Assembly: GCA_051294375.1 (NCBI GenBank)
Contig: CM119268.1
Coordinates: 11,967,585-12,031,584 of the forward strand
Source of the DNA: Paraspadella gotoi
Taxonomy: Eukaryota; Animalia; Chaetognatha
Length of the DNA: 64,000 nucleotides
Direction of reading: 5' to 3'
Below, in pieces: positions 12,111 through 24,428 of this stretch (position 1 is the first letter of the stretch; the number at the start of each line of letters is the position of its first letter). The notes under the pieces are model-generated. The model saw only the letters and a list, made by a program, of their open reading frames with translations, was not told the origin of the DNA and ran no database searches. Position numbers and translations under genes: made by a program.

Positions 12111-15100
12111 ATCTCTCTATCTATCTCTCTATTCTCTCTCTCTCTCTCTTTTCACTTTCACAGATTTTCCGCCAAGGGAAACTGCAGTCTGCACTCCGGT
12201 CAAACGAATTTTCCTTTTACGTTATTTATTTCTCCAAAGAATGCGATTAGCAGAAAGGAGATATTGTTAAGAGTTATACTTTTTGAAATAGTGATTTTTG
12301 TATTTGTAATGTTATTTATAGAATAATACTTAAGTTTGGACCCCTTTCTTTTCCTCTATACCTTCATCGTCCTTTCGCCTCCTTCGCCTCCTCTTTGCCT
12401 CTTTCTTTTCTCTTCCTCTTCCTCTTCCTCTCGCAAACGATGATCGTCGGCGTTTTCTTAAACGCATGCCACAGTGACTTTAGTTGACAATGCCCAATTA
12501 ATTATTAACCATAAATCGCTCACGACGTTATAAAAAACAATTAATTATTCTAACAAAGATATTAAACGAACTGGGAAATTAGTAACCGATCATGAAAGTT
12601 TTGTCAATGAATAATAATGCTTTATGTATTTTAATTTTTATGAATCTATACCTATGATTCATAGCAATCAATCAAGAATAGATTGTCAATTATAACCAAA
12701 ACAACCAAAAGAAAAAAAATATGGAAAGTGTTAACGACTCATGACGAAACGGTTTTAGCTGAGAGCCACAGTGAGAAGTAGGTCAATATTTTATGACCGG
12801 GATATTGAGAGAGCCGAGAAGGGAGAGAGAGAGAGAGGAGAGGAGGAGGATAGAGCAGGGGAGAGAGGGAGAGAGAGAGGAGACAAGAACGGGTCAAACC
12901 TCGTCGCCGAGACATGAGTGGGTAACGTGACGAGGTCGAGTCAAAGGTCACGAATAGTTCGTCAAACGTGGGGTTCCACTCACGGGACGTGAAACTCATT
13001 TCATATTCGACAGTGAATGAGAATGACCTCTGGGCTCGAGTTAAGCAGAACCAGCGAACAGAAAGATATAGTAGCGCCGACATTACTTGCAACTAAATGG
13101 TAATAAAAAAAACAACATAAAGCGATCCGGTTCTCGATCCAGTATTCGCTCTTATCCCTGTAGTAACGTCGTGTGCAATGTGTTCCATTGCGTAAATTTT
13201 TCGAACAGCGGCTGAGGTCCTTGTAACTGCCCCCTTCTCCCGCTTGACGCCTTCGGATAATTATGGTCGTAGGTAACTCTCGCTTTAACAATAACCCTTC
13301 CAACTTTTTCATTTCGATCTCTCTCTGTCTCTCTGTTCCTCTCTGTCTCTCTTCTCTCTTTTCTCTTCTTTCACATCCGGTAAAAAAAACTAATTTTTTG
13401 CCCTACTCCCCTCTCCTCTCTCTCTCTCTCTCTCTTTCTTCTCTCTCTCTCCCCATACCTCTCTCACTTTTTTTTACCAGTGAAACGGACCAGAAACAAA
13501 AGAGGGGGAAAAAAAAAGAAATTATGGGCACACAAGAAAGAAGAAAAAAAAAAAGAAAGGAATATTAGAGAGTTTCTTCTGTTCTCCGGAGATTTCCTTT
13601 TCGATCTCCTAATGAAGACGAAGAGAGTAGAAGAATCTCAGAGGTTTCGAGTCCATGAAGGGAAAATTAATACAATTCATATATCGATAAATCGAGGAAA
13701 CGGGCAAGGATACGAACGACGACGACGACAGCGCGATGGATAACGGCGACGAAATGTAGGAACGATCGAAAAAAGAGCCGGAACCACGAGGGGTTTTTTT
13801 CTTTTCTTCGTCGCCTCCGATTTAATTAAAACTCATGATTCGTTAGTTATTATTTGTTTTCTTTAAAAATAGTTGGCACTCATTTCACGTTGGTGAGACG
13901 ACGTTAGAAGACGTTGGTGGGCGAATTTGAAACTTTATTCTTTCATTCAAGATTTTACTTTTCTTTCTTCGAATTTCTTAAAATGTATTTAATATCTCAT
14001 TGCTCATCCTTTTTTTTTCCTTTTACTCCTTTACTTTTCCTTTCATCCTTTCTATTACCTTCCGCATTTCGTCCTTTCTCTATATTTTTTTTAACTCTTT
14101 TTTTTTTTTTTCGACACGGATCTACTTTCTTCTCTTACACATCTCCCTCACCATTTTCTTCCTCCTTCCTTCACTCTTTCCTTCCCTAATCTCATCTTCT
14201 TCGTTCTGTTGCCACGTGACCTTCACGTGACGCCGACTTCCGGCGCGCGACCTTCTCACGTGCGGTCAAACTCATTTCTCCTCTCCTATCATCAACATAA
14301 TAAATAGTAATTAATCCGTTACGCTTCTCGACTTCCTTTTTTTTTTTTCAACAACAGGACTTTTACATTTTATAGCAAAGTTTTTACTATTTTAGTAAAT
14401 TTAAATTCCATGAATTAGGTTAAATATATACTTACATAATCATTTACTTTTTAAACATATTTATAAGTAACATTATCATATTAATCTGTTTACCATTACA
14501 TTTATTTCTATTTTTATATATTTGTAACCGTGGTGTATTAATTAGTATTACCTCTCATAATAAAATATTTTAAAATTTATTTTGGTAAATTGGTTTATTT
14601 CATAATTAGTTCACATATTAATAACTTTAGCCCTCAATCATCTGAGTCTCGGTCACTTGAGTTTAATATTTTTTTATCTGGCTCTTTTTTCACATCGCTG
14701 TGCCACGATGCAGGTGGCCAGAGACAGCGCTGGGCAGCTAGATGCCACGCGGAGCCAGTGGATGGACGATGCTGGCTGGACCATTGCACGTCAACACACT
14801 CTAGCCCCCAATTTTAGTAGAAAATGTCTTCTTCCTAAAACGGCCGGGCCATCTTTGACGACGGTTTGTTTTCTTTCTCAGAATTTGCAGCTCCCACGAC
14901 GAGCAAGCGCCACTTCGTTTCTGGGTTCTCGTAGAACAGGAACTTTCATTCTTTTCACGCAGGCGCTGGTGCATTTTTTTTGACTCGTCATTTCTTTGCT
15001 ATTTTGCTTATGAGAAAGGATATAAACAAATTGACAAATTTTTTCATAGTAAGCACGTTACTAGAGTTTCATTTCCTAGTCCTAATTCGACAGCGCTGTA

Positions 15101-18100
15101 ATAACAGCTTTTGTCAAAATGTTTCATTCCTCTTAATTTCTTCCTTCAAGGGCAATGACTCTTTTTTTTGTCAATTGTTAACAGTTTTTTTTGAGCAGAA
15201 GATTAAGAATTCATGCTTTCACTTGGAATTGATCAGCACCCTGAGGGGAGATTGCCTTAAAAGGAAATACCAACATAGTATGACAACACCAAATTCTTCA
15301 GCAAAGATTAACTTACTTTTTTTTTTTTTGAAAACTGCAAGACCTATGTTGATATCTAATCATATTCAGTTTCCTAAGAGGTAAATAAAACTTCTCGATT
15401 TTTAGGAGCTCTTTCTAAAGTTTTCTTCCCTCTATAAAATCGATGCCTCAATTTATTTATTTCAAAACTCTTTTTTTTTGCCAAAATGATGCGGGATGGC
15501 AGCGCTCTGTGAGTCAATCACACGATGGCTCCCTTAATCCTTGCGGATGAGTTTATCTATGACGTGACATCTTCGTGGTTTACCAATAGGCTGCTGCCCA
15601 TAGATTCTCCAACGAAATGGCTCCTCGCGCTACGTTTGTTTTTCTGCGACATTTCAACCCTTCCGCGGGACAGCGCTTGAAAAATGATCTTTGGACCGTC
15701 TGGTGGGCTTCTAATGAAAATTTTGACAATCTAACGCCTCCATTTTTCACTCCCCATATGAGGAGTTAAGGAAAGGTCATTTGTTTAAATCTTTTCTTAA
15801 CATACAACTAAACCAACTGTTAGTGCAGTGTATAATATTCGTATTTAACCTTTATTTATCTTTTAATTTATTTTAAAAATATTTGTTTAGTACAGTATAT
15901 AAAATTAGACAAATTTACTTTATAATATATTTTTTTTAAAAATTAGTAACTAGAACTTAACACTTAAAATTGTAGGTTTGAACATGACCTAAATGAAACT
16001 TGCCAGAGGCAATGGGCAAAAAGCCTGCGCTCAGTCAATTTAAAAATGCCGAAATTTTTTTTTTTAAGGGGAAAGAATTTTTAAAGAGATTTTGGCAGGC
16101 CTGCAGCCAATTTTTCTTTAAATCCCTTTAAATTGTGGTGAATCCTATGGTGCCTTCCAATAATTCTCTTTTGACCAGCGTTTTCCTTAAGCGACAAACC
16201 CGTTACGGAATTTCATTCACCGCTTGGTGGGTTCGCATTTGCATTCTGAGGAAAATCGACTGCCCTTGCAGCGTTGGTCGCTTATATGGCTCCTTGCTGC
16301 AAATATTGCAACAACTACTTGCCCTCGTTGCAGCGCTGCAAACCATCATCTTTGGCCATACAACAAGCGACTCTGATAGTTAGGGATCAGTCTTCAGCGT
16401 TCACTGAGTTAGAAGGGCACAGCCTGCTCCAGTGGCACAAACATAACTTCCATGATAATATGGAACATTGAATTGGAATGCTTTTTTCTCTTTTTACTCT
16501 TTATTTATAACTTTATTTTTTGAAGAAAATTTTTTATATATTTTCTCCTCAATTATACACTCTAATTATTTATTTAAACCTTAAAGCTTTAACACTCATA
16601 TACTAACAACAGTTTGAATAAGAAACTGCTGCCACATTACCTTCCTCAAGTTCGCCTTTGTTGTGCCAGAGGGAAGTCTAACTCCGATTTTGCTCTGATT
16701 TGTGTCACCGATCATCTCGGTTTTACTGACGACTATCATCATTTTCGCGCTTTTTTCTCTTTTATTTTTTTCCAACACAAATCCTCTGAGCCTCGATTCA
16801 TTCCCTAGAGTTTACTGATGATGATAAACACTTTTCTGTCTGATCCAAATGTGCTGTCTTACTTCAATGTGGACTGACTGAAATAGTAGACATTAATTAG
16901 GCGGTTTATGGTATCACATGAAGTATCTTATTTCATATAGGCAACTAAATGTAAGGTATTAACTGCGATACATGATTGAAAATGCAGACAAAATATGGTA
17001 ACAAAACTAAAGAGGCGGTCTTATAATATAATAATGAAAATGACCAAGTTCTAACCTCTCCTACAAAACTGATGCAATAAAGTACTCGACGGTTAGGAGG
17101 AACAGAAATTTTCATATTCGTGGACACCATGTACATCAAGATAGTTTTTCATAAGGTTACAGATAAAAGAAAAGAATAGAAGGATTGAGAGAGCAAAAAA
17201 ATATACAAAGAACCTGAGAGCAGAGGACGAGAAGAGAGAGGAGATGAGAGGTCCGCGCTTTTCTTTCAATGACTAATCTAAGGTTGACTGTTCCACCTGC
17301 ATTACACACTGTCCAACGTTCCTGAGTATTTCAGAACTTTTGTAGTGTCGATATCTTATATACAGATGAATAGTTACTTGACTCTCGGAGCGGTTTCAGC
17401 GGTTATGAGGTCCAGGCAGTTTTCCATCAATCCACGTACTGATCAAAGACTTGGACGATATAGAATAAAGTAAGGAAAAACATGTACCCTCAAAGATAAT
17501 TACACAGATTGATATCAGGTAGCCACGAACCCACGTTGTGACAATAGAAAAGTCACTTTAATGACATAATAAACACAAATAAACGTTTCACCTTAATAAT
17601 TTTTACGTTCAAATTCACATCTAAATGGACGATTTTAAAATAAGCACTCACCAATATAGTTACGTGATTTGGAGAAAAATAAGAAATTATACTGGATTTT
17701 TACAAAATATTCAAATGATGTTAAATTTTTTTTTTTCGAAAATAGGTGATTTCAAATTAAAGAACTTATCAAATGCAGTCAGTTAGGGATTCAAAATACT
17801 ATTTTGTTCATAAATCATTGGATTTTTTTTTAGCCATCTTTTCGAAAGAGACGAATGTAAGGAATCTGTCACCATTGACCCTCGTCGGAAAAGAGATTGC
17901 AATGGATGAACAGACATGGTTTATTTGCTCATTATACAGTGCTTAGAACACAGTATTTTGAAATCTACGCACACTGTGCATTTAATGGTAGTTTGCGGAA
18001 AAACAATTTTTTCTTCTATCTGCACACAAGTTTAGTTTAATTTATCTTTTGTGGGAAAGTAAATAATCAAATATTTCCGCGATGTGCATTTGTAAAGTTC

Positions 18101-21100
18101 AAACGTTTGATTGTTCGCGTGACTGAAAATTAAGAAACAAAATAATTAGTTCTCATCAAAAGCCATTAATTTATCTATGTTATTTTTCAACAGCAATTGC
18201 CCGAAGTGAATCCAATATTTTTTTTCATGAATGAGAATAAACTAAAAATAATTTTTTTTTATATAAAAAAGTTTAAAAGAAAGAAAACACAAATGAAGAC
18301 GAAGAAGCGAGAGAATATGATTATATGAACACTCATTTTGTGACGCTGTAACCGGACGTCGATGGGCAAAAAGAGAACGGGATTCCAATTTTTTTTATTT
18401 TTTAGAGAGGCTGGACGGAAGGGAGACGAGGAGAGATAGAGAGGAGAAGAGAGAAAGAGAGAAAGAGAGCGGAGAGTCAAAAACTTTCGGTAGCAAAATT
18501 TGTATCATGAGATGAGAAAAATGAAATGGAAAGAGGCGGTTAATCTGAGACGTATAGATTTCAAAGAATCTCAGAACGATCGTGGGACCGAAAACCCTTT
18601 TCTTCAGACGAGGCGGAAATATCTTTGCTTTTTGTTATTTGTAAGCAAGAAAATAGAATTCGTCTCGATTTCACTTAGAGAACAGAGGTTGAGCTCCCGG
18701 AAAAAAAATGCAAAAATAGCGAGATTCTTTTGAACTCATTGAGGTCCAATTGGAAACCGTGCTTAGAGTCAGTCTAGAGTAATCATATTATCGAAGATAA
18801 GAATAAAAGAAACAAATTAAATCAATAATTCGTATTGTAAAAAAAAATTAAGGGAGAAGAAGTTTTGTTTTGTGTTTTTTTAAAAAATCGTTATTTTTAT
18901 ATTTTTTTTGCGAACATATATTTTTTTTCTTTCAAAAATTGGAACCCATATTTGTAGTTGAACGCGACTCCATCAGAACACAATTGGATCATGAATAAAT
19001 CTTTTTTCTTCATTTATTCATGACCGCAAAAAAATTGTAAAATATGATTTCCAAGCTCTCATGACCTATTTCATCCAAGTCACACGGGATCGCTCGCTTT
19101 CATAAACCAAAGCGAAATTTTACTATCTAAGAAAATACATTAATTAGAAAAACAAAGTTTATGTTTTTTAAAAAAGTAAAGCGTATAATAGAAAAATAAA
19201 TTAATCGGTTTTGAGGAAGTTGTCTCGAAATATCGGTCCTCATCATGAGATTTCGGTACCTGAAGCGAGAAGAGATCGGCGGCGGCGTCGGCGCGGCGTG
19301 CGGCAGAGGGTTATTATTGATTTTGGGCTCAGCCCCGGCACGGCCCCGCCGGGGGATGGAGATGAGTATGACCGCGTTCCACCCCCAATGACGAGAGGCG
19401 AGGCCCCGGGCTCTGCCCACACGTTGGAAAAATGAGGTCAGTAGTCATTGGTTCTTTCTTGTTTTAGCAATCCGCAAAAAAAATCGCAGGAACTCAGAAT
19501 GAAATCGAATTGAGAAGTTTTTGGGGTTTTTTTTTTAAAACAATATTTTGGGCTTTTATTGACTTGAAATAAATCATTCGGGGAATAGTAATTTGTAAAA
19601 GAAAAAAAACAGTTTAAAATCTAAAAAATTACAGAATCTAAGCGCCGAATTTTTTTTTTTATTTTAAAAAAATCTCAAAAGATTTCGTCTCATGAAACAA
19701 GCGCTTCACTGGAATAAGTTTTACGGCGCAGAGAAGAGATACAGCTCCCGTGCACGACGTTCTAGCGAACGAATAATTTCGCTAACTAAGAATCAAACAT
19801 TCAATTGCCTAACAATCATCAATCAATCAATCAAAGATTGTTTTAATCGATTAATCCTTTTTCGCACAGTGAGGTATTTCAGCGATCTATTTTTTTTTCC
19901 AAGTTTGTTATGGCATGCAGTGATAAAACAAAATATATGCAGAGAGAAGGGAAAGACGCCATTATAATAATAATGAGAAAAGTAACTCGTTTTATTCCGT
20001 GGAATGAACTGGTCGCTTACTTGTTACCTCGGTTTATTAGTGAAGAAAAAACTCTCAAAATTTTTTTCTATTCAGGGACAAAACTTCACAGCCATGGCAA
20101 CAATTGTTTTTTTTCGTACGAAAAGAAAACAAATCTAAATGGCGAACACTACCGGAAACAATTACCCAAACTTTTGAAATATTACCCTTAGAATATATTA
20201 TTTTTTCATAATTTTTATTATCATTGCAGTTAGAAAAAAATATCTTACTTCATTTTTCTTTTTTAACCATTACGATTCAAATGCAGGGGACTAAGCATTT
20301 GTTTTCGTGAAACTGGATTGTAGAAACGGTGAAGGGAGACAAGGGGGCGGACTCAGACGTAGTTACCAACTTTACGGCAAGAAAAAAAACCAAAACTGAC
20401 TTGTGAAATTTTTAGACGGAACAATTTTTTTTTTTTTCGGGCAAGTTTGCGACGAATCGTCTTCGGACTGGAATGTGGAAGTCGCTACGACGCGAAAAAT
20501 AAACAATTGACACCGAAAACATTTTTGTTTCTTTTGTTATTCAGTGGAATCAAAAAAAGGATATATTTTTTATTATTTTTCGCAAAGTAGTACCGGTAGT
20601 GCCTGGTTCCGTCAACGATTCCCTTTCTATTCCGATTTTTTTTTTTTTTTATGAAGTTTGTCTTTGCTGTCAACTGAATTTCTAAATCCTCAAAGAAATA
20701 TGTGAAATGATTTTTACCTCGGTGAAAACGGAATAGAGTAGGAAGTCGCGTGAAATTCTGTAAGGATGAGGAGGAGGAAGGGAAGGAGCAGACAAGCGGA
20801 GGCGGAGAAGAAGTATGTCGACTCGTTGCGAATTCCGATCTGATTCTGAATCTTGAAGACAGATTTGAGTCGGTTTCGCAGCCGGGCAACGCTAGAGGTT
20901 TTTGTGTGTTTCATTTATTTTTTAGTTGAATAAATTTTTGGTTTTTTTATTTTTTCGAAATTAAAACAAAGAATTGGTTACAGGATTTAATTTCTTTATA
21001 TGTACGTTCTCTTATTTGTTAACAGTCGCTAGTTGATGCCTTAAAAACAGGCATTAACTCATTCGACTGTTTTCAGGATTGTTTAATTACTAATCTTGAA

Positions 21101-23402
21101 TAAAATAACTAAAGATTTCAACCAAGAACATAAGGAAGACTAAGAACTAGTAGAGGACCGTATACTTCGTGTTATACGTTCATTAGGAAGTCGTTTACCG
21201 TCTATTTTATTTTCGAGTGAAATGGACGTATCTGTACTTTTTTTTTTTCTGTGATTAAGAGTTAAGTTTTAAAACGAATAATTTCTGCCATCCGATACGA
21301 TTTTTGTGCTTTCTAAGAAATTTCACTTTTGTCGGACATGTAATTAAGAATTATAGGACGATTCTTCAGCTTTACTGGCTCAAATAAAAAGGCCGAATTA
21401 GATGTTGAAATGAAACAAATAATTTTGTTTTTGTCAACCTAAAAAGACAATATACGCGCAGATGCGTCCGAAGAGGAAATTTATAGGTAGTTTGATTTTA
21501 ACTGATTTGCTACATGAAACTGATTCCTAGGGAAAATATTCGTTTTTCGCTTCATTCAGTAATTTCGGTCTACCATATTTAAGTTGTACAATATTTCACA
21601 TAAAAGTTTTTTTATTATTTCTTTTATTTATAAACAATCTCATTCAAGGCATTTTATGTGCACTCACTCTTAATTGATTGCTACTCCTTTCTGAGAGCAG
21701 ATCCTTGGCGTTTATCCTTTGAGTTGATATATGAATGTGGATTCAGGTGTGAGACTATTTGTTTTATAGATATTTGACTTTTTACTTTTTTTTTATGGAA
21801 TTAAATATTTTTTAGATTTATCTTAAGCCGTTAAATCATTCACTATTACTTACATTAAATTTTGCCCTTACGGAATCTTTCAGTTATGATCCAAAATGAC
21901 ACCGAACCACTAAATTCATCCAAACATATTTTTAAATGAATTAGTTGTTGTATAAAATCACCTTAAAAGGGAATGACAGTTCATATATTTTGAATAAATC
22001 TACTCCGAGATTACTAAGACGTCTTTGTAAGTTACTTTTTATTGGAGTAATTCAACATGAAACAATTCTTTTTGATGATATTTTAACTAAAACATGTCAC
22101 TTCAACAACAATTGAATAGATATTTTTCATAGAGAAAAAATGTGGTGAACATGATTTTGGTTATCAGATTAAGAAGAACGGAAAGGATGACAAAACTGAG
22201 AAAAAAAACGGCAGGCATATTAGAATCTCACGAGTTTACTCTATAAAATAAAAATACTTAAAGTATTTATTGCAGTTTTTCTTTTTTTTAGTCTTCAGGC
22301 AAGAGAGAGTATCAATTATCTTTTTAGAATGCATTCATCAAGGCAGGCCCTTGGAAAAAGTGATGAACAACGATTAAACTATTATTAATCAAAATGCAAT
22401 AATGGCAAATTTGGCCGATAAATAAAATTTTTTTGTTGCTTTTGTAATCAATAGTCTTTTGAAGATAATGAACGTTATCTAATAGTTGATAATATTTATA
22501 ATCAACTACATCGTTCTCTTGGGAGAGCGAGTGAGAGTTGATAGAGACCGAGAGAAGAGATTTATGAGAGAGACCGCAGAGCATGAAGAGCAAGAGAAAA
22601 TAAGAGAGAAGCAGAGAACTCTCACGCAGCAGACCAATGGCCGCCGCTTCTGCGCGTTGATGTAATCTCTTTGTGAGCGTAACACGTTGTTTTTAATTTG
22701 CTGGCGCGACAATCCTCACCATCATCGCGATGTATGCAGCATAAGCAGCGAAAAACTGCCCATACACCGGGAAACCAAGCACGCATGATCTGGAATGATT
22801 AGGGGGAGAGGGGAATGCGGGCGAGGGCGGGGGTGCCCACGTCACATCACGTTGCGCCATGCAGGCGATTCTCAGAATGATTTACAGGCCAACAGCTTAT
22901 GTTTATTTTTTTGTATTGTTGTAGATATTCATTATCATTATCACGTTTACCGTTGTTGCTTAGTTTTTAGATTATATTTTACGAGAAAAAAAAATTACTT
23001 TTATAATTGACGGAACAAAAAAAGGAAAGAAATTAAAAAGGAAAAATCGGGCAATAATTAATGAACGGTATTTATTCATCGTTTTTTTTCTCGGGCATGA
23101 TTTGTAATGAAGTAAAAGGTATTATTTTAGCAATAAAAATGGATCATCTCATTTTGACACGGCTTCATGATTTAGAATGGCACTTGATGAATCGATGCGA
23201 GAAAGGGCGCGGTTTATCAGGGGCTTTGTCCGTGAACCTTGAACAAACAAGTAGTATTAAACGTCTCCCGTTAAAATTCGTATTTGCCAAAAATTCCGAA
23301 CGTGCTGCATAAAATATATAGGCTTTTTGTTAGTTTTTGTGTTGTAATTTTTTTTCATAATATTTTTTTATGTATAAATGTAGCATGAGCACTTGGTATG
23401 TT
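7632..23402 (+). repeat. Large duplication copy A (together with ~5680-6392)
   Basis: Colinear with 25045-40579 throughout, e.g. 7680/25090, 9420/26730, 14213/31548, 19330/36690 and 23380/40555. Confidence 0.95.
14211..14268. promoter_or_regulatory. Triple CACGTG E-box cluster (also at 31548-31597 in copy B)
   Basis: CACGTG at 14213, 14224 and 14257 within 50 bp of a GC-rich patch in AT-rich DNA. All three sites are retained in both copies. Confidence 0.45.
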
Positions 23403-23419
23403 TAAATCTCTTCTCTTTT

Positions 23420-24403
23420 AGTTTTGTGTGTGTTTCAGGAGATGGGTGTCTAAGCGAGGCTGTAGTTCGGTTTAAGGTCTTCGGTGAAGTGTATAATCTA
23501 AAAATTAAGTCTTTATAAGTTTATTTGGAGACTTATATTTCAGTGACGGGCTTTATTAACTTTCATTATGTGCTTCAGTGTGGCTTCAATTTTTTTCAGT
23601 GTGTGTTTTTGTGTGCGGAACTAGCAAATAAAATACGATGGACCAACGTCAACTGTGGCAACGGTTTCCCCTCTCTCTCTCGCTCTCTCTCTTTCCAATT
23701 TTTTTCCATACCCCCGTCGATAAAAAAGTTTTCCTCCTCAAACGGCCGATGCAACAATAGGAGGGTCAGAAAATGAGGGGAAGGAAGAGNNNNNNNNNNN
23801 NNNNNNNNNNNNNNNNNNNNNNNNNNNNNNNNNNNNNNNNNNNNNNNNNNNNNNNNNNNNNNNNNNNNNNNNNNNNNNNNNNNNNNNNNNNNNNNNNNNN
23901 NNNNNNNNNNNNNNNNNNNNNNNNNNNNNNNNNNNNNNNNNNNNNNNNNNNNNNNNNNNNNNNNNNNNNNNNNNNNNNNNNNNNNNNNNNNNNNNNNNNN
24001 NNNNNNNNNNNNNNNNNNNNNNNNNNNNNNNNNNNNGCCGGCAAAATATCAAGTAACTAATTCTTTTTAATAAATTCGTTCTCGGAAAAGAGAGAAAGAG
24101 ATGGAGAGAAACGAAGAGAGAGACAGAGAGAGATAAAATAACGACACTAATAACGGCCTAGAGAACAAGGCTAATCACAATGACAACAACGACGATGGAC
24201 ACCGCGATGATGACGGCGTGGAAGCCTCCGGCGATGATGTCCACCGATGCGACGACGACGACGACGACGACGACGACGTCGCTGATCAGACTTGACCCAG
24301 TTTCTCATGACATCGATCGCAGAGGATAACCTGCCTCCACAAAAAGGTTACTCGATAATTTGGCCAAGTTCTTTTCATTGGGAGAAAATGCCATGAATAA
24401 CAA
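23420..24403 (+). repeat. Third partial copy of ~11017-12040 / ~28250-29290 (contains an N gap)
   Basis: agttttgtgtgtgtttcaggagatgggtgtctaagcgaggctgtagttcgg...gccaagttcttttcattgggagaaaatgccatgaata matches both larger copies. Confidence 0.93.
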
Positions 24404-24428
24404 NNNNNNNNNNNNNNNNNNNNNNNNN

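Noticed and set aside
21053-21265. Possible piggyBac-like MITE bounded by ttaactc...gagttaa
   Set aside because: Only about 7 bp of inverted match, which is expected by chance in AT-rich DNA.
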